A DNA stretch of 64,000 nt from Octopus sinensis. Its lineage: Eukaryota. The notes below the pieces were generated by a model. That model did no database searches. It worked only from the letters and a program-made list of their open reading frames with translations, and was not told the origin of the DNA. The position numbers and the translations under genes were made by a program. This document shows positions 1 to 13,439 of this stretch, piece by piece (within the stretch, counting starts at the first letter, position 1; the number at the start of each line of letters is the position of its first letter). The stretch is from contig NC_043025.1 of the NCBI RefSeq assembly GCF_006345805.1, positions 3,782,001 to 3,846,000 of the forward strand, in the 5' to 3' direction.

Positions 1-300
1 AAGGTAAAGTTAGTGTTAGTCTTCTATTATAATTCCCTTGGCATCTCAGATGTTTTATAGAAATATTAAATCTACCCCAATATTTCACTGCTACATATTA
101 TTTATCCACCCCACAACATGAAAGGTAAAGTTAGTGTTAGTCTTCTATTATAATTCCCTTGGCATCTCAGATGTTTTATAGAAATATTAAATCTACCCCA
201 ATATTTTACTGCTACTTTATTTTATCCACTCCACAACAATGAAAGGTAAAGTTAGTGTTAGTCTGCTATAATAATTCCATTGACTTCTAGGATGCTTTAC
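1..300. repeat. Tandem repeat, about 121-bp unit, about 2.5 copies; related degenerate units at about 1675-1840
   Basis: aaggtaaagttagtgttagtc recurs at 1, 122 and 243. Confidence 0.85.
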
Positions 301-744
301 AGCAAAGGTTCTCAACCCATTTTGACCAGAAACCCCCTTTTGACCCTTGGAGTCACAAATACTACCCCCTTGAAAATATTTCTATTTTTCAATATACCAC
401 TTATTTTGATATCAGCGGATAATGATTAAAACATAAAGGATGTCGTTTTGCATATGCATTTGTATGCAGTCAGGAGTACAGATGCACATATTGAAATGCA
501 AAAAAAAAAAAACGAAAGAAAGAATTGAAAGTTTGGTAATTGCATTTATTTCCACCACACGACACTTATGAGATCACCATGTTGTCTCTCGAAAGAGGGC
601 TCTTAGGTACAAGCAAATGCCAATAAAATCATTTCAAACCTTTCCAATTTCCCTTATCAAAACAGCTAAAACTTGTGCAATAATCTGACATACATTTGCA
701 TTATGCATCTCAAGTGCAATGAAATCAACCTTTTTTTTTAAAAT

Positions 745-1673
745 GAATCATCACTGGTGATGAAAAATGGATTGTCTACAATAAAATCAATCGAAAACGA
801 TCAGGGTCCAAGTATAACGAATCAACACAAACTACACCGAAAGGTGAATTGCATAAAAAAAAAGGTCATACTGTCAATTTGGAGGGTCTACAAAGCTCTG
901 CATTTTGAGCAGCTTCCAAGGAACCAAACAACCAATTCAGACATTCACTGTCAACAACTAATGAAACTGGAAGAAGCAATCTAAGAAAAATGGAGTGGTT
1001 GGCGTTAGGAAGGGCATCCAGCTGTAGAAAAACTGCCAGATCAGACTGGGACTGGTGCAGCCTTCTGGCTTCCCAGACCCCAGTTGAACCGTCCAACCCA
1101 TGCTAGAAAGGAAAGCGGACGCTAAATGATGATGATCATTACTTAACATCCATTTTCTCATGCTTTCTACAGCAGGATGCCCTTCCTGCCACCAACCTCT
1201 ACTCATTTCCATCACCATGATCACAGTGACCGACCAGGCTATCAGATGTTGCTACACATCGCTGGTCACAATGCGCTTTGCATTGTTTTAGCCTTCAAAT
1301 AAAGGAATTGTGCTCCATCATGTCTTTGCATATTCTTGAAAAATTATTGGAGCTTGGTTGGGAAGTGGTGCCACATCCACCATATAGCCCTGACCTTCCA
1401 CAATCTGATTACCATATTTTGAAATTGGAAAAATTCTTTGAATGGTAAAACTTTCAATAATGGTGATGGCCTGAAATCGCACTTGCTTCAGCTCTTGGAT
1501 GATAAGGACCAGAAGTTCTATGAGTGCAGAATCATGAAGCTGCCAAAAAGATGGCAAAAGGTCATCGAACAAAATGGAAAATATATAATTGATTAAAGTT
1601 CATTGTTTGTATCAACAAAAACAATTTTTATTTCACACTAAAAAACTGAAATTACTTTCTTACCAACCCAATA
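745..1673 (+). mobile_element. Mariner (Tc1/mariner) transposase remnant with right TIR, interrupted by short retroelements at about 990-1300
   Basis: Reads ITGDEKWIVYN...HKKKVILSIW...CQQLMKLEEAI (745-985) and, after the insertions, PHPPYSPDL...LPKRWQKVIEQNGKYIID* ; TIR-like attactttcttaccaacccaata at 1651-1673. Confidence 0.9.
990..1137 (+). mobile_element. Short RTE 3'-UTR-derived element ending in (GAT)n. Further copies at about 3810-3950, 7750-8030, 14425-14690(-), 22925-23282, 27350-27530, 27985-28712, 42355-42655(-), 42945-43300(-), 45420-45780, 46145-46240, 58250-58455(-)
   Basis: Shared core ggagtggttggcgttaggaagggcatccagctgtagaaa...ccaacccatgctag...gatgatgatg, which is the same as the tail directly following the RTE ORF at 63300-63953. 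Confidence 0.85.
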
Positions 1674-2524
1674 GAATGTTTTATAGGAATATTAAATCTA
1701 CCCCAGCATTTCACTGCTACTTTATTTTATCAACTCTGAGCAATGAAAAGTAAAATGTTTTACTGGAATATTTTAACTACCCCAATATTTCGCTGGTACT
1801 TTATTTCATCAATCCCACAAGGATAAAAGACAAAACTGTCCAACATACTAACAATTTTGTCACCTACTGGCCTGACCCAACCTTGTCCAAATTGACCCCA
1901 ACCAATCTGCTATGACCTCATGGAACTGATATTTCACTCAATCAGAAATTACCACATTTATTTTTGTTGTTCTTTAACTCTAGGTCAACAGATCCAGTAG
2001 ACAAAATGACCAAAGGCACTCCAACTGTGACCATCTTGTCATTCTTTTTTCAGACAATGTGTAACAAGTCCTCAATGCTCAATAAGTGCAAGGATTTGCT
2101 TTCTGTAGAGAAAATAATTTTATTTATATTTACAAGACATTGATTCCTGGGTATCAATTTCCTATCTGAGAGCTGAATTTGTGCTTCAGTACAATCTCCC
2201 TAACATGAAAGCTGTAGAGTTAGCATCTGAAAAATAATATTCTGAGATATACCTTCATCTCTGCCACTGTGTTTCGCCGTGGACATACATAACCAGGTGC
2301 ACATTTGTGGTCTTATTGTTCATCCTGATAAGCATTTCTTCAGGATAACACCAAGTTCAAAGGTTTTGTAGGGACCTCGTCAGTTACCAATGAAAGAATC
2401 AATGCAATGCTCAACTACCTGATCATTCCTCACCTGCTCAGAATCAAGTTCATTATCATTGCTCAATGAATTCAGACATAACATTCCAGAGTTACTTTCA
2501 TTGCTGTTGTGTAGAGATGGACAT

Positions 2525-2937
2525 TGGCGAGCTGGCAGAAACGTTAGCACACTGGGCAAAATGCTTAGCGGTATTTTGTCTGCCGCTACGTTCTGAGTTC
2601 AAATACCGCCGAGGTCGACTTTGCCTTTCATCCTTTCGGGGTCGATAAATTAAGTACCAGTTATGCACTGGGGTCGATATAATCGACTTAATCCATTTGT
2701 CTGTCCTTGTTTGTCCACTCTATGTTTAGCCCCTTGTGGGTAATAAAGAAATAGGTATTTCGGCTGCCGTTACGTTCTGTGTACAAATTCCGCCAAGGTC
2801 GACTTTGCCTTTCATCCTTTCGGGGTCGATAAATTAAGTACCAGTTATGCACTGGGGTTGATATAATCGACTTAATCCGTTTGTCTGTCCTTGTTTGTCC
2901 TCTCTGTGTTTAGCCCCTTGTGGGTAGTAAAGAAATT
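2525..2937 (+). mobile_element. SINE family C with two internal about 184-bp units. Other copies at 10705-11115, 35545-35670, 44625-44790, 60027-60245(-)
   Basis: Head ggcgagctggcagaaacgttagcac...gagttcaaa, followed by reiterated gtcgactttgcctttcatcctttcggggtcgat. Confidence 0.8.
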
Positions 2938-2999
2938 ATTAAAATATCTCTCTGATTATCTTCTCTAAATCATTAATCCTATCACTAAATTCTAACTCT

Positions 3000-3450
3000 G
3001 CCCTTGAGGTAACATCTACCCTGAAAGGCAGGTTGTATGATACCTGTGCACAAACAGTCATGCTACATGGTTGTGAAACCTGAGCTGCAAATGCAGAAGA
3101 CATGCAAAGACTAGAAAGAAAGGGGAAAAAAAGGATTCTCTGATGGATCTACAATGTCAGTGTGCATGCACAGTAAAGTATGTACCTAGAGAAAGATAGT
3201 ATAAACAGCATCAGATGTGGTGTACAAGAGCGAAGACCACTGTGCTAGTATAGTTGTGTGGTGTGGATTGATTGGGGATTGGCTGCATAAAGAAGTTGTA
3301 AACAAGATGAAGAACGTGTGGAAGAGGAAGGCCTAGGAAGACATGAGACAAAGTGGTGAAGACTGACCTCAAGAGATTGAGCCTCTATGAAATAGACATA
3401 AATAAATGGTGATATGCTGTGCTTGAGAAGAACTGTCCATCTCAGCAGAA
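3000..3450 (+). mobile_element. Degraded RTE LINE 3' fragment
   Basis: ctgaaaggcaggttgtatgatacctgtg...atgctacatggttgtgaaacc matches the RTE copies at 6590-6650 and 62920-62980. Confidence 0.75.
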
Positions 3451-4105
3451 TCAAGGTTCTGTCAAACCTTCCCCCTGCAACTCAACTTCTGACACTCTTC
3501 CATCAATCTTCCCCGTGACCCTACTTTCTTCACACTTCTTCTCCTTCCGCTGAACTGACATCCTCTGCATCCAACTCCTTCCCCATCTCTAAATCATCTC
3601 TCACACGATTCTCACTCACTGCACTTACCCTAACCAGCCACCTCTTCCACCTGGACCTCACCCCTCTGTCTCTCTCTTTCCAGGTGGGCAACCCATGTAT
3701 TCACCTCTTTAGCAACACACCTCCTCCTCCTCTCCCTCTATCAGAATTTATTACCCCTCCATTCTGTACCCCACTGGTGCCCGTACCACATGAAAAGCAC
3801 CCAAAGTTGTTGGCATTAGGAAGGGCATCCAGTTGTAGAAACTCTGTCAGAGCAGACATAAAACCTAGTGCAGCCCTCTGACTTGCCTGTTCTTGTTGAA
3901 CGATCCAACCCATTCCAGCAAGGAAAAAGGAGACACTAAATGATTATGATGCTTAAAAATCAAAGTGAGAAAAGAAATTTAATGAACACACACACAAAAA
4001 AAAAAGAAAACACAACAGGAAGTTCTTTTCTAAAATGAAGCTAAACTTTGTGTCTTGCATTGAACAGTGCTTAATTTTCTGGGTTTTAGCTCCAAACAAC
4101 ATCAT

Positions 4106-4314
4106 TACAACAGGGTGCTGAAAAGTTCCTGGCTTTGGGTAAAAGAAAATAGAGGAGGATCAATTAATTATGATTTTATTAAACATATTTAGTCTTGCAC
4201 TTATTGCAGCAGTCCTTTAGTTTTTCCAAGCCCTGTAAAAGAACTTGCAAGGTTGGGACTCCAACCAGGCCTTTCACAATACCCTTCAAGCCAGAAACTC
4301 TTCAGAACCCTCTA
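4106..4314. mobile_element. Mariner-like MITE. Other copies at about 26323-26497 and 46256-46478, fragments at about 7355-7435 and 8060-8190
   Basis: Terminal inverted repeats gggtgctgaaaagttcctggcttt / aagccagaaactcttcagaaccc; internal sequence shared between copies. Confidence 0.75.
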
Positions 4315-4439
4315 TCTCTTTGTTTTATTTTGTTACCTGGTATCTTATCCAAATGTTCCATTGTTTGCCCAAATAGCCCTAATTCTTGGAAATTTCACCA
4401 CTCTCCCTCTTTCTCTCTCAGTTTGTTAACCACTTGCTT

Positions 4440-7320
4440 TCCCCATGTTGATTGTTAATTAGTGACTTGCTCTGCCTGTGGCTGTTCCACGTCAGCTTTA
4501 GCCAGGGAATAGGGTAGCCATAGTGTTTTCTCGTCTGTGGTGTGCCCTTCCATCCCACCTGTACCAGATGTCTTTCTCCTGAGTACCCCTAACAGTTAAC
4601 TATACAGAGGGCTTTCATCCACCATCCTTATCTAGTGTCTCTCTCTCCTGTTGAATGTAATGACGATGAAGTGTATGCAGGTTGAAGCCTATATGTATGT
4701 TTACGAGATCTACCATACACACACGTGCGCTTTCTTTTCAGATGTATAATGCTGCTGTCCCCAATCCCAGGAAGTCACCAGCCCACATCTTCCGCACCCT
4801 CAGAGTTGGCACATCGAAAGGTAGGTCTGGTGAGATCGTTGAGATGCTAGAACAGAGATGTGTTGATTTGTGCTGCGTCCAAGAAGGAGGAGACAAAGTT
4901 CTGCTTGGTTCCTCACAAGCAAAGAACATAGGTATAAGATTTTATGGGTAGGGAACACTGATGGAGTTGAGGGCATGGGTATACTTCTTACAGAGAACTG
5001 GGTTTATAAGGTAATCAAGGCAGTCAGAGTCTGTGATAGAATACTTAAGCTTAGACTAGTACTAGAACATGGATTAGCAACCATTATCTCGGCCATGCCC
5101 CTCAGCCAGGGCTACCTGATGACAGAAAGACTGGTTTTATGACACCATCCTGCAGACTACCTTGTTGACAAATGACAGGGACCTTCTCTTTGTGGCTGGC
5201 AACTTCAATGGACATGTTGGACAACATCCAGGGAGTTTTTATAGTGTACATAGTCGCAATGGATTTGGTTCCCGCAGTGAGAGAACCAGGCTGCTGGAGT
5301 TCTGTGATGCAAATGATCTTATGATCTGTAATAACTAATTTCAGGAAAGCTGCCAGTCAATGTAGCTGACAGAGCCATTAGGAAAAAGAAACAGGCGAGG
5401 AAGCAGTGGAAGTGTGGTGGTAGCAGGGATCTGTATCAGGTTGCCAGAAGGGAAGCTAGGAGACAGGTTTACTTAGCCAGAGGGGAAGCAGATAAGAAGA
5501 AATTTGCGCATCAGGAATCAGTGGTGAGATGTTTAAAATATCTGGTGGTGTAGGATATAGTCTAGTCACCTGTACAGTTAACTAAGTGATACACGAAGGA
5601 GTCATACCGAAAGATTGGTGTAACAGCACCATAGTCAACTGCAACAAAGGTAAAGGTGATGCCATAGAAATAATTAGAGGTATCAAATTATTGGATCGGG
5701 TGATGAAATTAACAGAGAGGGTCAACTAATTAGGGAGAGAGTTAGTTTAGATGAGATGCAGTTCGGGTTTGTGCCAGGGAGAAGCACCACTGATGTTATA
5801 TTTCTGGTAAGACAGCTGCAGAAATTCCCAGCCCAAGATAAACCTCAGTACTTAGCTTTTGTTGACATAGAGAAAGCTTTTGACAGGGCCCTCCAATCCC
5901 TTATCTGGTGGTCAATGCAGAAACTAGGGTTAGATGGATAGATCAGTGGTTGGTGAAAGCTGTACAAGCCATGTACAGAGATGCTGTCAGTAAGGTGAGG
6001 GTTGGTAACGAGCATAGCAAAGAATTCTGGGTAGAAGTAGGGGTACACCAAGGATCAGTCCTCAGCCCCCTCTTGTTCATCATAGTCCTCCAGGCAATAA
6101 CAGAGGAATTCAAGACAGGATGCCCCTGGGAGCTCCTCTATGCTGAAGCACTATCAGAACTGGAGAAGAAGTTTCAGTTGTGGAAGCAAGGATTAGAATT
6201 GAAGGGCCTTAGAGTCAATTTAGCTAAAACCAAAGTCTTAATAAGTAGGAAAGCAGACAAACCACAAATTCTTTCAAGTAGATGACCCATAAACTGTACC
6301 TGGTGTAAGCTAGGTGCAGCAATATCAAAGGAAGGCTCACTGGGAAGATAGTTCTTGTATGGAAGATAGACAGGTGCAATAAACACCGAAGATGTACAGA
6401 AAACAGATCCCATCACATACCAGGGGGAAAAACTAGAAGTAGTTGATAGCTTCCATTACCTAGGTGACCAAGTCAGTAGTTGGGGTGGATGCTCTGAGAG
6501 CATAACTACTAGAATAAGAATAATCTGGGCAAAGTTCAGAAAGCTCCTACCTCTGCTGGTGACAAAGGGCCTCTCGCTCCGAGTGAAAGGCAGACTGTAT
6601 GATAGCTGTGTGTGAACAGCCATGCTACATGGCAGTGAAACATGGGCTGTGACTGCTGAGGACATGCGTTGGCTTGAAAGAAACGAAGCTAGTCTGCTCC
6701 ACTGGATGTATAATGTCAGTGTGCATATAATAGAGAGTGTGAGCACCCTGAGAGAAAAGTTGGATATAAGAAGCATTAGATGTGGTGTGCAAGAGAGACG
6801 ACTGAGCTGGTATGGCCATGTGTTGCATATGGATGAGGACAGCTGTGTGAAGAAGTGTCACACCCTAAAAGTAGAGGGAACCTGTGGAAGAGGTAGACAT
6901 GGGATGAGATGGTGAAGCACAACCTTTGAACATTGAGCCTCACAGAGGTAATGACAAGCAACCGAAACCTTTGGAGATATGCTGTGTTAGAGAAGACCCA
7001 GCAAGCCAAGTGAGATGATGGTCATGGCCAATGCCAGTGTTGCATAACTGGCTCATTTAAAAGTATGCTGTTGGACAATATGCCGTGCTTGTGAAAACCG
7101 GTTGAATTGAGTGAAATTGTAGTTGTGGCTGACTACATGATGGTGGCTTGTAAAAGCACCCACTACACTCTCAGAGTGGTTAGCATTAGGAAGGGCATCC
7201 AGCTGTAGCAGCCTTGCCAGATCAGATTGGAGTCTGGTGCACCCTCATGGCTTGCCAGTTCTCAGTCAAACCGTCCAACCCATGCCAGCATGGAAAGCAG
7301 ATGTTAAATGAAGATGGTGA
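4440..7320 (+). mobile_element. RTE-clade LINE (APE endonuclease + RT), decayed and internally deleted, with 3' UTR
   Basis: LRVGT..KGRSGEIVEMLEQRCVDLCCVQE (APE); QFGFVPGRSTTDVIFLVRQLQ, FVDIEKAFDR, GVHQGSVLSPLLF, MLHGSETWAV (RT); many stops and frameshifts. Boundaries approximate. Confidence 0.93.
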
Positions 7321-8549
7321 TTATACATATATATATATACACACACATACACACAGGAAGAAATGCTGAAAAATTCCTGGCTTTCGGTAAAAGAAAATAT
7401 AGGAAGGATCAGTTTATTATGATTTTATTCAACACTAGCACTCTGACCCAGCATTGCTGGGTCATAGTGCTAGTGCATGCATATACAGCTGCATGCGTGC
7501 ACACACACACGTGAGTACTGTCCAAATCTCCGCCCAATCACATACAGCTAGCTGGCATTCAATTGGCGTATCAAGTTTCAGGCATTTTGATTGGGTTTTG
7601 GATAGAAAATCCACAAAAAAAGTCACTTCTATTTATTTTCTAATGGCTTTGCGAGGTGACTGGGGAAATGTAAAGATGTGCATGACCACCCTTGGACGGT
7701 TTTGAAAGACCATAGAAAGTGTGAGCCCTCTAACTGAAAAATTGTGCACCATCTGAACGTGGCCGATGCCAGCGCTGCCTCGACTGGCTTCTGTGCCGGT
7801 GGCACGTAAAAAGCACCATCCGAACATGGCCGATGCCAGACTCTCCTGGCACGTAAAAAGCACCCACTACACTCGCGGAGTGGTTGGCGTTAGGAAGGGC
7901 ATCCAGCTGTAGAAACACTGCCAGATCAGACTGGAGCCTGGTGCAGTCTCCTGGCTTCACAGACCCCGGTCGAACCGTCCAACTCGTGCTAGCGCGGAAA
8001 ACGGACGTTAAACAATGATGATGATGATGACACATACGCAGACATTTTGTTGTCTATATATATAGATACTCCCCTCTCTGATTCACACACTTATTATAGC
8101 AGTTTTCAGTTTTTCTAATCCCTGTAAAAGAACTCGGAAGGTGGGCCTCCAACCAAGCCTTTTGCAATACCCTTAAAACTAGTAACTTTCCAGCATCTCT
8201 TTGTAGTTCTGCTTTCCAAATGACTTCCTTATCAATGAAGGGGTATTTGGTCACTTGTTTTTATGTCTATTTTTCCATGCTAGCATGGGTTAAATGAATG
8301 TTATTGAGGTATTGTCTCACAGCTAGATAATCTTGTTGTCGCTAATCCTTACCTGTTTTAAGAGCAAGGGATCTCTTATTCCTTGCAGCTTTGAAGGCTC
8401 AAAATGAGTGGTTGATTTCTTGACAAGGAAACTGAGAGTTGACATTAGTGGCACACCACAACTTTTACAGGAGCAAAATGTTTTAACACACACACACACA
8501 CACACGTTACAAAGTGCTGAAAGGTAGGGACGAGAATTAGTGTTGCAAA

Positions 8550-9165
8550 GATTGAGGCATTGGTCCTTTCAAGGGAGTCTTTTCAGGGCACTCTGCATGT
8601 TAGTGGAATGTCATTGAAACAAGTAGAAGTTGATCTTGGGGGCCATATTCAGAAGAGGAAAGGTTGAATTGGATGCTAGAACTGCAGGGATGGGCACAGT
8701 AGTGTGTCAGCTCCAGCATTTGGTCCCCAGAATTGAATGGATGTAGGAATCCAGCTGGGAAGTGCAATGATGGATGCTTCTGACAGAATCCTACAGGAGG
8801 AGGAGGGAGCCCAAGGGCTCAATCCCAAGAGTCTCCACAAGAAGAGTGGGCAGAGAAGATGGCCGGATGTTGTTTTCTGCAGTAAAGTCCTTCAAAACTG
8901 TCTGCAAATATGCCAGCAAGGGATCTGATCCTGTAATGTTTGATCTCGCTTTGGAAAACAGCTGTAATGAAGCAACTGAGTTCTGGCAGGGACAATTCTT
9001 CAACAGCAAAACAGCTCTTTGCCCTCTTTTAGCCTTTCCTGTTCTTGAAGACAGCATTTAACAACATGCTGTCCACTCACAGAATGGCCAACAGGTTTAT
9101 TTCGCTTCAGCCATTGTTGCACAACACAACATCCAAGGGATACAGCACTTAGAGTGTTGTTCAAG
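8550..9165 (-). mobile_element. Probable CR1/L2-type LINE ORF2 fragment
   Basis: Minus-strand ORF 8791-9057 and its flanks resemble the linker between endonuclease and RT; heavily degraded. Confidence 0.45.
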
Positions 9166-9169
9166 CTGT

Positions 9170-10120
9170 GTTAGAAATATCAGCTAAACCTCCCTCAAGG
9201 CACACCCTACTGTCTTATGTATGTACGAGCCAAAGCAGGAGACCTCTACCAGCCAAATCTCCCTCTAATCACACCTGACTGTTTTATGTATGTATGTATT
9301 AGCCAAAGAGGCAGACCTCTACATGGTAGCTAGACCTAGTAGAAATAGCAGCCAAATCTCCCTCAAATCACACCCTACTGTCTTATGTATGTATATATGT
9401 ATGTATGTGCCAGTGAGGGAGACCTCTACATGGTATCTAGGCCTGGTAGAAATAGCAGCCAAATCTCCCTCAAATCACACCCTACTGTCTTATGTATGTA
9501 TATATGTATGTATGTGCCAATGAGGGAGACCTCTACATGGTATCTAGGCCTGGTAGAAATAGCAGCCAAATCTCCCTCAAATCACACCTTACTGTCTTAT
9601 GTATGTATGTATGAGCCAATGAGGGAGACCTCTACATGGTAGCTAGACCTGGTAGAAATAGCAGTCAAATCTCCTTCAAATCACACCCTACTGTCTTATG
9701 TATGTATATATGTATGTATGTGCCAATGAGGGAGACCTCTACATGGTAGCTAGACCTGGTAGAAATAGCAGCCAAATCTCCCTCAAATCACACCCTACTC
9801 TCTTATGTATGTATATATGTATGTATGTGCCAATGAGGGAGACCTCTACATGGTATCTAGGCCTGGTAGAAATAGCAGCCAAATCTCCCTCAAATCACAC
9901 CCTACTGTCTTATGCATGTATATATGTATGTATGAGCCAATGAGGGAGACCTCTACATGGTAGCTAGACCTGCTAGAAATAGCAGCCAAATATTTATCAA
10001 AATTACACCCTACTGTCTTATGTATGTATTAGCCAAAGAGGCAGACCTGTACATGGTAACTAGACCTGCTAGAAACAGCAGCCAAATTTCCCCCAAACAA
10101 CACCCAACTGTCTTATGTAA
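9170..10120. repeat. Tandem array, about 107-bp unit, about 9 copies, derived from the 5' half of a dispersed SINE-like repeat
   Basis: gacct(c/g)tac at 9241, 9314, 9421, 9528, 9627, 9734, 9841, 9948, 10044. Confidence 0.93.
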
Positions 10121-11647
10121 TGAAAGGGACGAGGAAGGATCTCTTTACCTTATCCTATTTGTTCATTCATTTGTCCACTATTAATATCTTGGGTTGGCAG
10201 AAAATGCATTCAAGGTAGGAGCTTACAGATGGATGCTCCTCCTGTTGCCAACCCTTAGCTATTTTTCAAAGGATTTCTGATTTTACAGGTCTTCAAAACT
10301 GCAGATCTCAATTTCATTCAAATGAACCTACGGGATGACAACACCGACTCATACATACGAGCAACAGGCTTCTTTCAGATTCTATTTACCAAACTCGCTA
10401 AACAAGGAAAGTAAAGAGCACATCACTGTTTCGTTCAAGTGGATCCTTGGGATAACAACATCCATATAGACATGCACACATGACAGGCTTCCTACAGTCT
10501 CCTATGAGTTTCACTCACAAGGCTTTGGTCAGCCCAGTGCAATAATAGAAGAGATTTGCCCAAGGTGCCATGCAGTGTGACAGAACCCCAAAACCACAGA
10601 GTTAAGGAAATCAAGTCAGTGAATATCCACATCTACATATGAGAGGATTCTTTCAGTTTCCTCCTACCAAATTCACTCACAAGGGCTATAATAGAAGACA
10701 TAAGGCGGCAAGCAGGCAGAAACGTTAGCACGCCAGGTGAAATGCATAGCTGTATTTCGTCTGCCATTACGTTCTGAGTTCAAATTCCACCGAGGTCGAC
10801 TTTGCCTTTCATCCTTTCAGGGTCGATTGAATAAGTACCAGTTATGCACTGGGGTCGATATAATCGACTTAATCTGTTTGTCTGTCCTTGTTTGTCCCCT
10901 CTGTGTTTAGCCCCTTGTGGGTAGTAAAGAGATAGGTATTTTGTTTGCCACTACGTTCTGGGTTCAAATTCTGCCGAGGTCGACTTTGCCTTTCATCCTT
11001 TCGGGGTCAATTGAATAAGTACCAGTTACGCACTGGGGTCGATATAATCGACTTAATCCGTTTGTCTGTCCTTGTTTGTACCTCTGTGTTTAGCGCCTTG
11101 TGGGTAGTAAAGAAATATATAATAGAAGACATTTGGCCAAGGTTTCATGCAGTGGGACTGAACCCAGAACCATGTGACTAGGAAGTGGACCCCTTAACCA
11201 CACAGCTACACCTACACCATATAACATCCATGCTGGCATGGGTTGGACAGTTTGGCAGGATCCAAAGATTGTATCATGCTCAGGTGTCTGCTTTGGCATC
11301 GTTTTTGACAGCTGGATGCATTTTTCAAGCCATGCAGCTTGCAAGTCAATAAAAACTGAGCAGGAGGGGGCTGGGAGTACGTTGTCATATTAGATGAAGG
11401 TTGAACTGCTAGGGTAGAGCAGCTACATAGCTACATAATTAAAAACAAATCCACTGGCAACACCGTTTCCATTCAGAACTGTACAAAAAGTAACAGAACT
11501 TGTTACAAGAATTTTTAGATCTTTTTGAGAACTGTCACAGATTTCATATTTTTTCAATTTTGTTCCAATAGTTTTTCTAATTTATATTTAGTTATGATGA
11601 CTTAGTTTTGCCTGCTAATTAAGAAAATGAATCTCATTTTTGACATA

Positions 11648-11954
11648 TCTTTATATATAAAACTGAATTTGTGTGTGTGAGAGTCTGTCTACTCCGATTT
11701 AGATTCCTAACTACCCCCACATTTTGCGATGCAGTTTAACCAAAAGCAGGTATCTTATAGTCGTGATTCATATCGAGCCCTTCTGGGTATTAGCATGCGT
11801 CTATGATGAGTCTACGATTTAAAAAAAAAAATCACCATCATTTTTTCATTTTTTAATGCATTTTTTGCTCGGTTTATATAAGGGAAGTAACTCTAAAAAT
11901 GCTTATATAGTTATTTCCCTTACAAACCCGAGCAACGCCGGGCGATACTGCTAG
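11648..11954 (+). mobile_element. Non-autonomous Helitron
   Basis: 5' TC, 3' hairpin cccgagcaacgccggg then CTAG, inserted between A and T; same family at 19137, 31517, 51188. Confidence 0.85.
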
Positions 11955-12051
11955 TATTAAATAAAAAGTTAATAAACTTTTAAAGTTTGCAAATTTGGGG
12001 TAGTTTTGACGAATTGAAAGCCATCATTACACACACGACGATAAACCTTAC

Positions 12052-12075
12052 ATTGGCATCTGTTTCCATAGTAAC
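12052..12075. promoter_or_regulatory. Candidate RFX X-box with adjacent CCAAT box
   Basis: GTTTCCATAGTAAC at 12062-12075 fits GTHNYY-AT-RRNAAC; ATTGG at 12052-12056; local CpG retention in unique sequence. Confidence 0.45.
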
Positions 12076-13285
12076 GAGCCCGGTTTTCATTATAACAAAG
12101 ACACTGTTTGTTGTGTGACTGTGATACTTTCACAACAAATTCTGTAATCAATATTGTTGTTGTTGTTGTTGTTATTTCTGTTTTTCATTCTGTAACAAAC
12201 CACAAAGAAAATATGCAGTTTCCAGTTCCTAGATTCCGATTCAACTAAAATGATCAACTTTTGAACTCCATTCCTAAATTTTCCTGGGAATTGGGATTCC
12301 AGCATGAAAAATTACACCAAAATACCAAATTTGAAAATTTCCAGATCTGTGGTAACTACCGAAAAGGTCCAGATTTATTTTTCCATGTTGCGAGGGTTCT
12401 ATGCGTAGTTCCTACCACCCCACCCACTGCCCTTCAGGCAAACAACAAACCAACACAAACATACTCATGCTCAACAATGTCACAAGTCAAATCAATCAAT
12501 ACAGAATAAATCACTTTTATTGATACATAATACAGATCGGTTATTGATATATTGGTTACAAACTGAGATTTGGTTTATTCATATCAGTCTTTAGACTGTG
12601 GTCATACTGGAACACAAACTTCTGGGCAAGGTTTTAGTCAATTACAGCAATCCCCCTTCATACTTCTGGTACTTAGTTTATTGATCTGAGACATATGGCT
12701 AAGTCCACCTTGGCACAAAATGGACATATGTTATGTGTGTGATGCACTGATTGTCTTCGGCCAGTCTTCGTCAGTAAGTGTAAGACACAAAGCACAAATC
12801 ATTTATTTCATTACCTTTCTGGAACCCAAGGTTTCATGTAAATGGAAATCACCATTTATTCAGCCACAATTCAACTCACAAATGATACCCCACTAGTACA
12901 GTGTGTGTGTATGTTAGTTATAGGATTCATTACCCATCAACAGGTAGGGTGCCAGAAATGGTTAGGCACAATAAGATCCATCATGAGGTAAAACAACCAT
13001 GAAGGTATCGTGTGTTGGTAGGATACTGCAGATATCTAAATACCAAATCCAGTTTAAACTATAGATCTAACACAGAACTGGTTCCAGGTGTGGTGTAGGT
13101 ATAAAAACGAACACAAATGGAATGTAAAATTTACTACAGCCAGTTTGGTAGAATACTGATGTATTCATAGATTATATCATAGCATACAATCCACCATCTT
13201 CAGGCAAAATTTTGAACAGGTAAAAACAAGTGAGATAATACCTTAATGATGAATCCAATCAACATTTTGGGATAAGTGGTGTGAG

Positions 13286-13324
<39 letters not shown>

Positions 13325-13439
13325 TCATATATATCTACATCCTGCATACACCCTTATATATGCACAGACACACACACATATGTATATACATACACATTTT
13401 ATGAGAGCCTTTTGCAGAAGACCTAGTTGACAAATGAGA

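Noticed and set aside
2221-2500. Possible minus-strand exons
   Set aside because: Stops in most frames, no recognisable homology, acceptor abuts a SINE.
9170-10120. CRISPR-like periodicity here and at 56748-58110
   Set aside because: Whole units repeat with no unique spacers; eukaryotic context; no cas genes.
12090-12190. Minus-strand terminal exon MKNRNNNNNNNNIDYRICC...
   Set aside because: A plausible acceptor exists, but the frame is largely an (AAC)n repeat and no partner exon was found.
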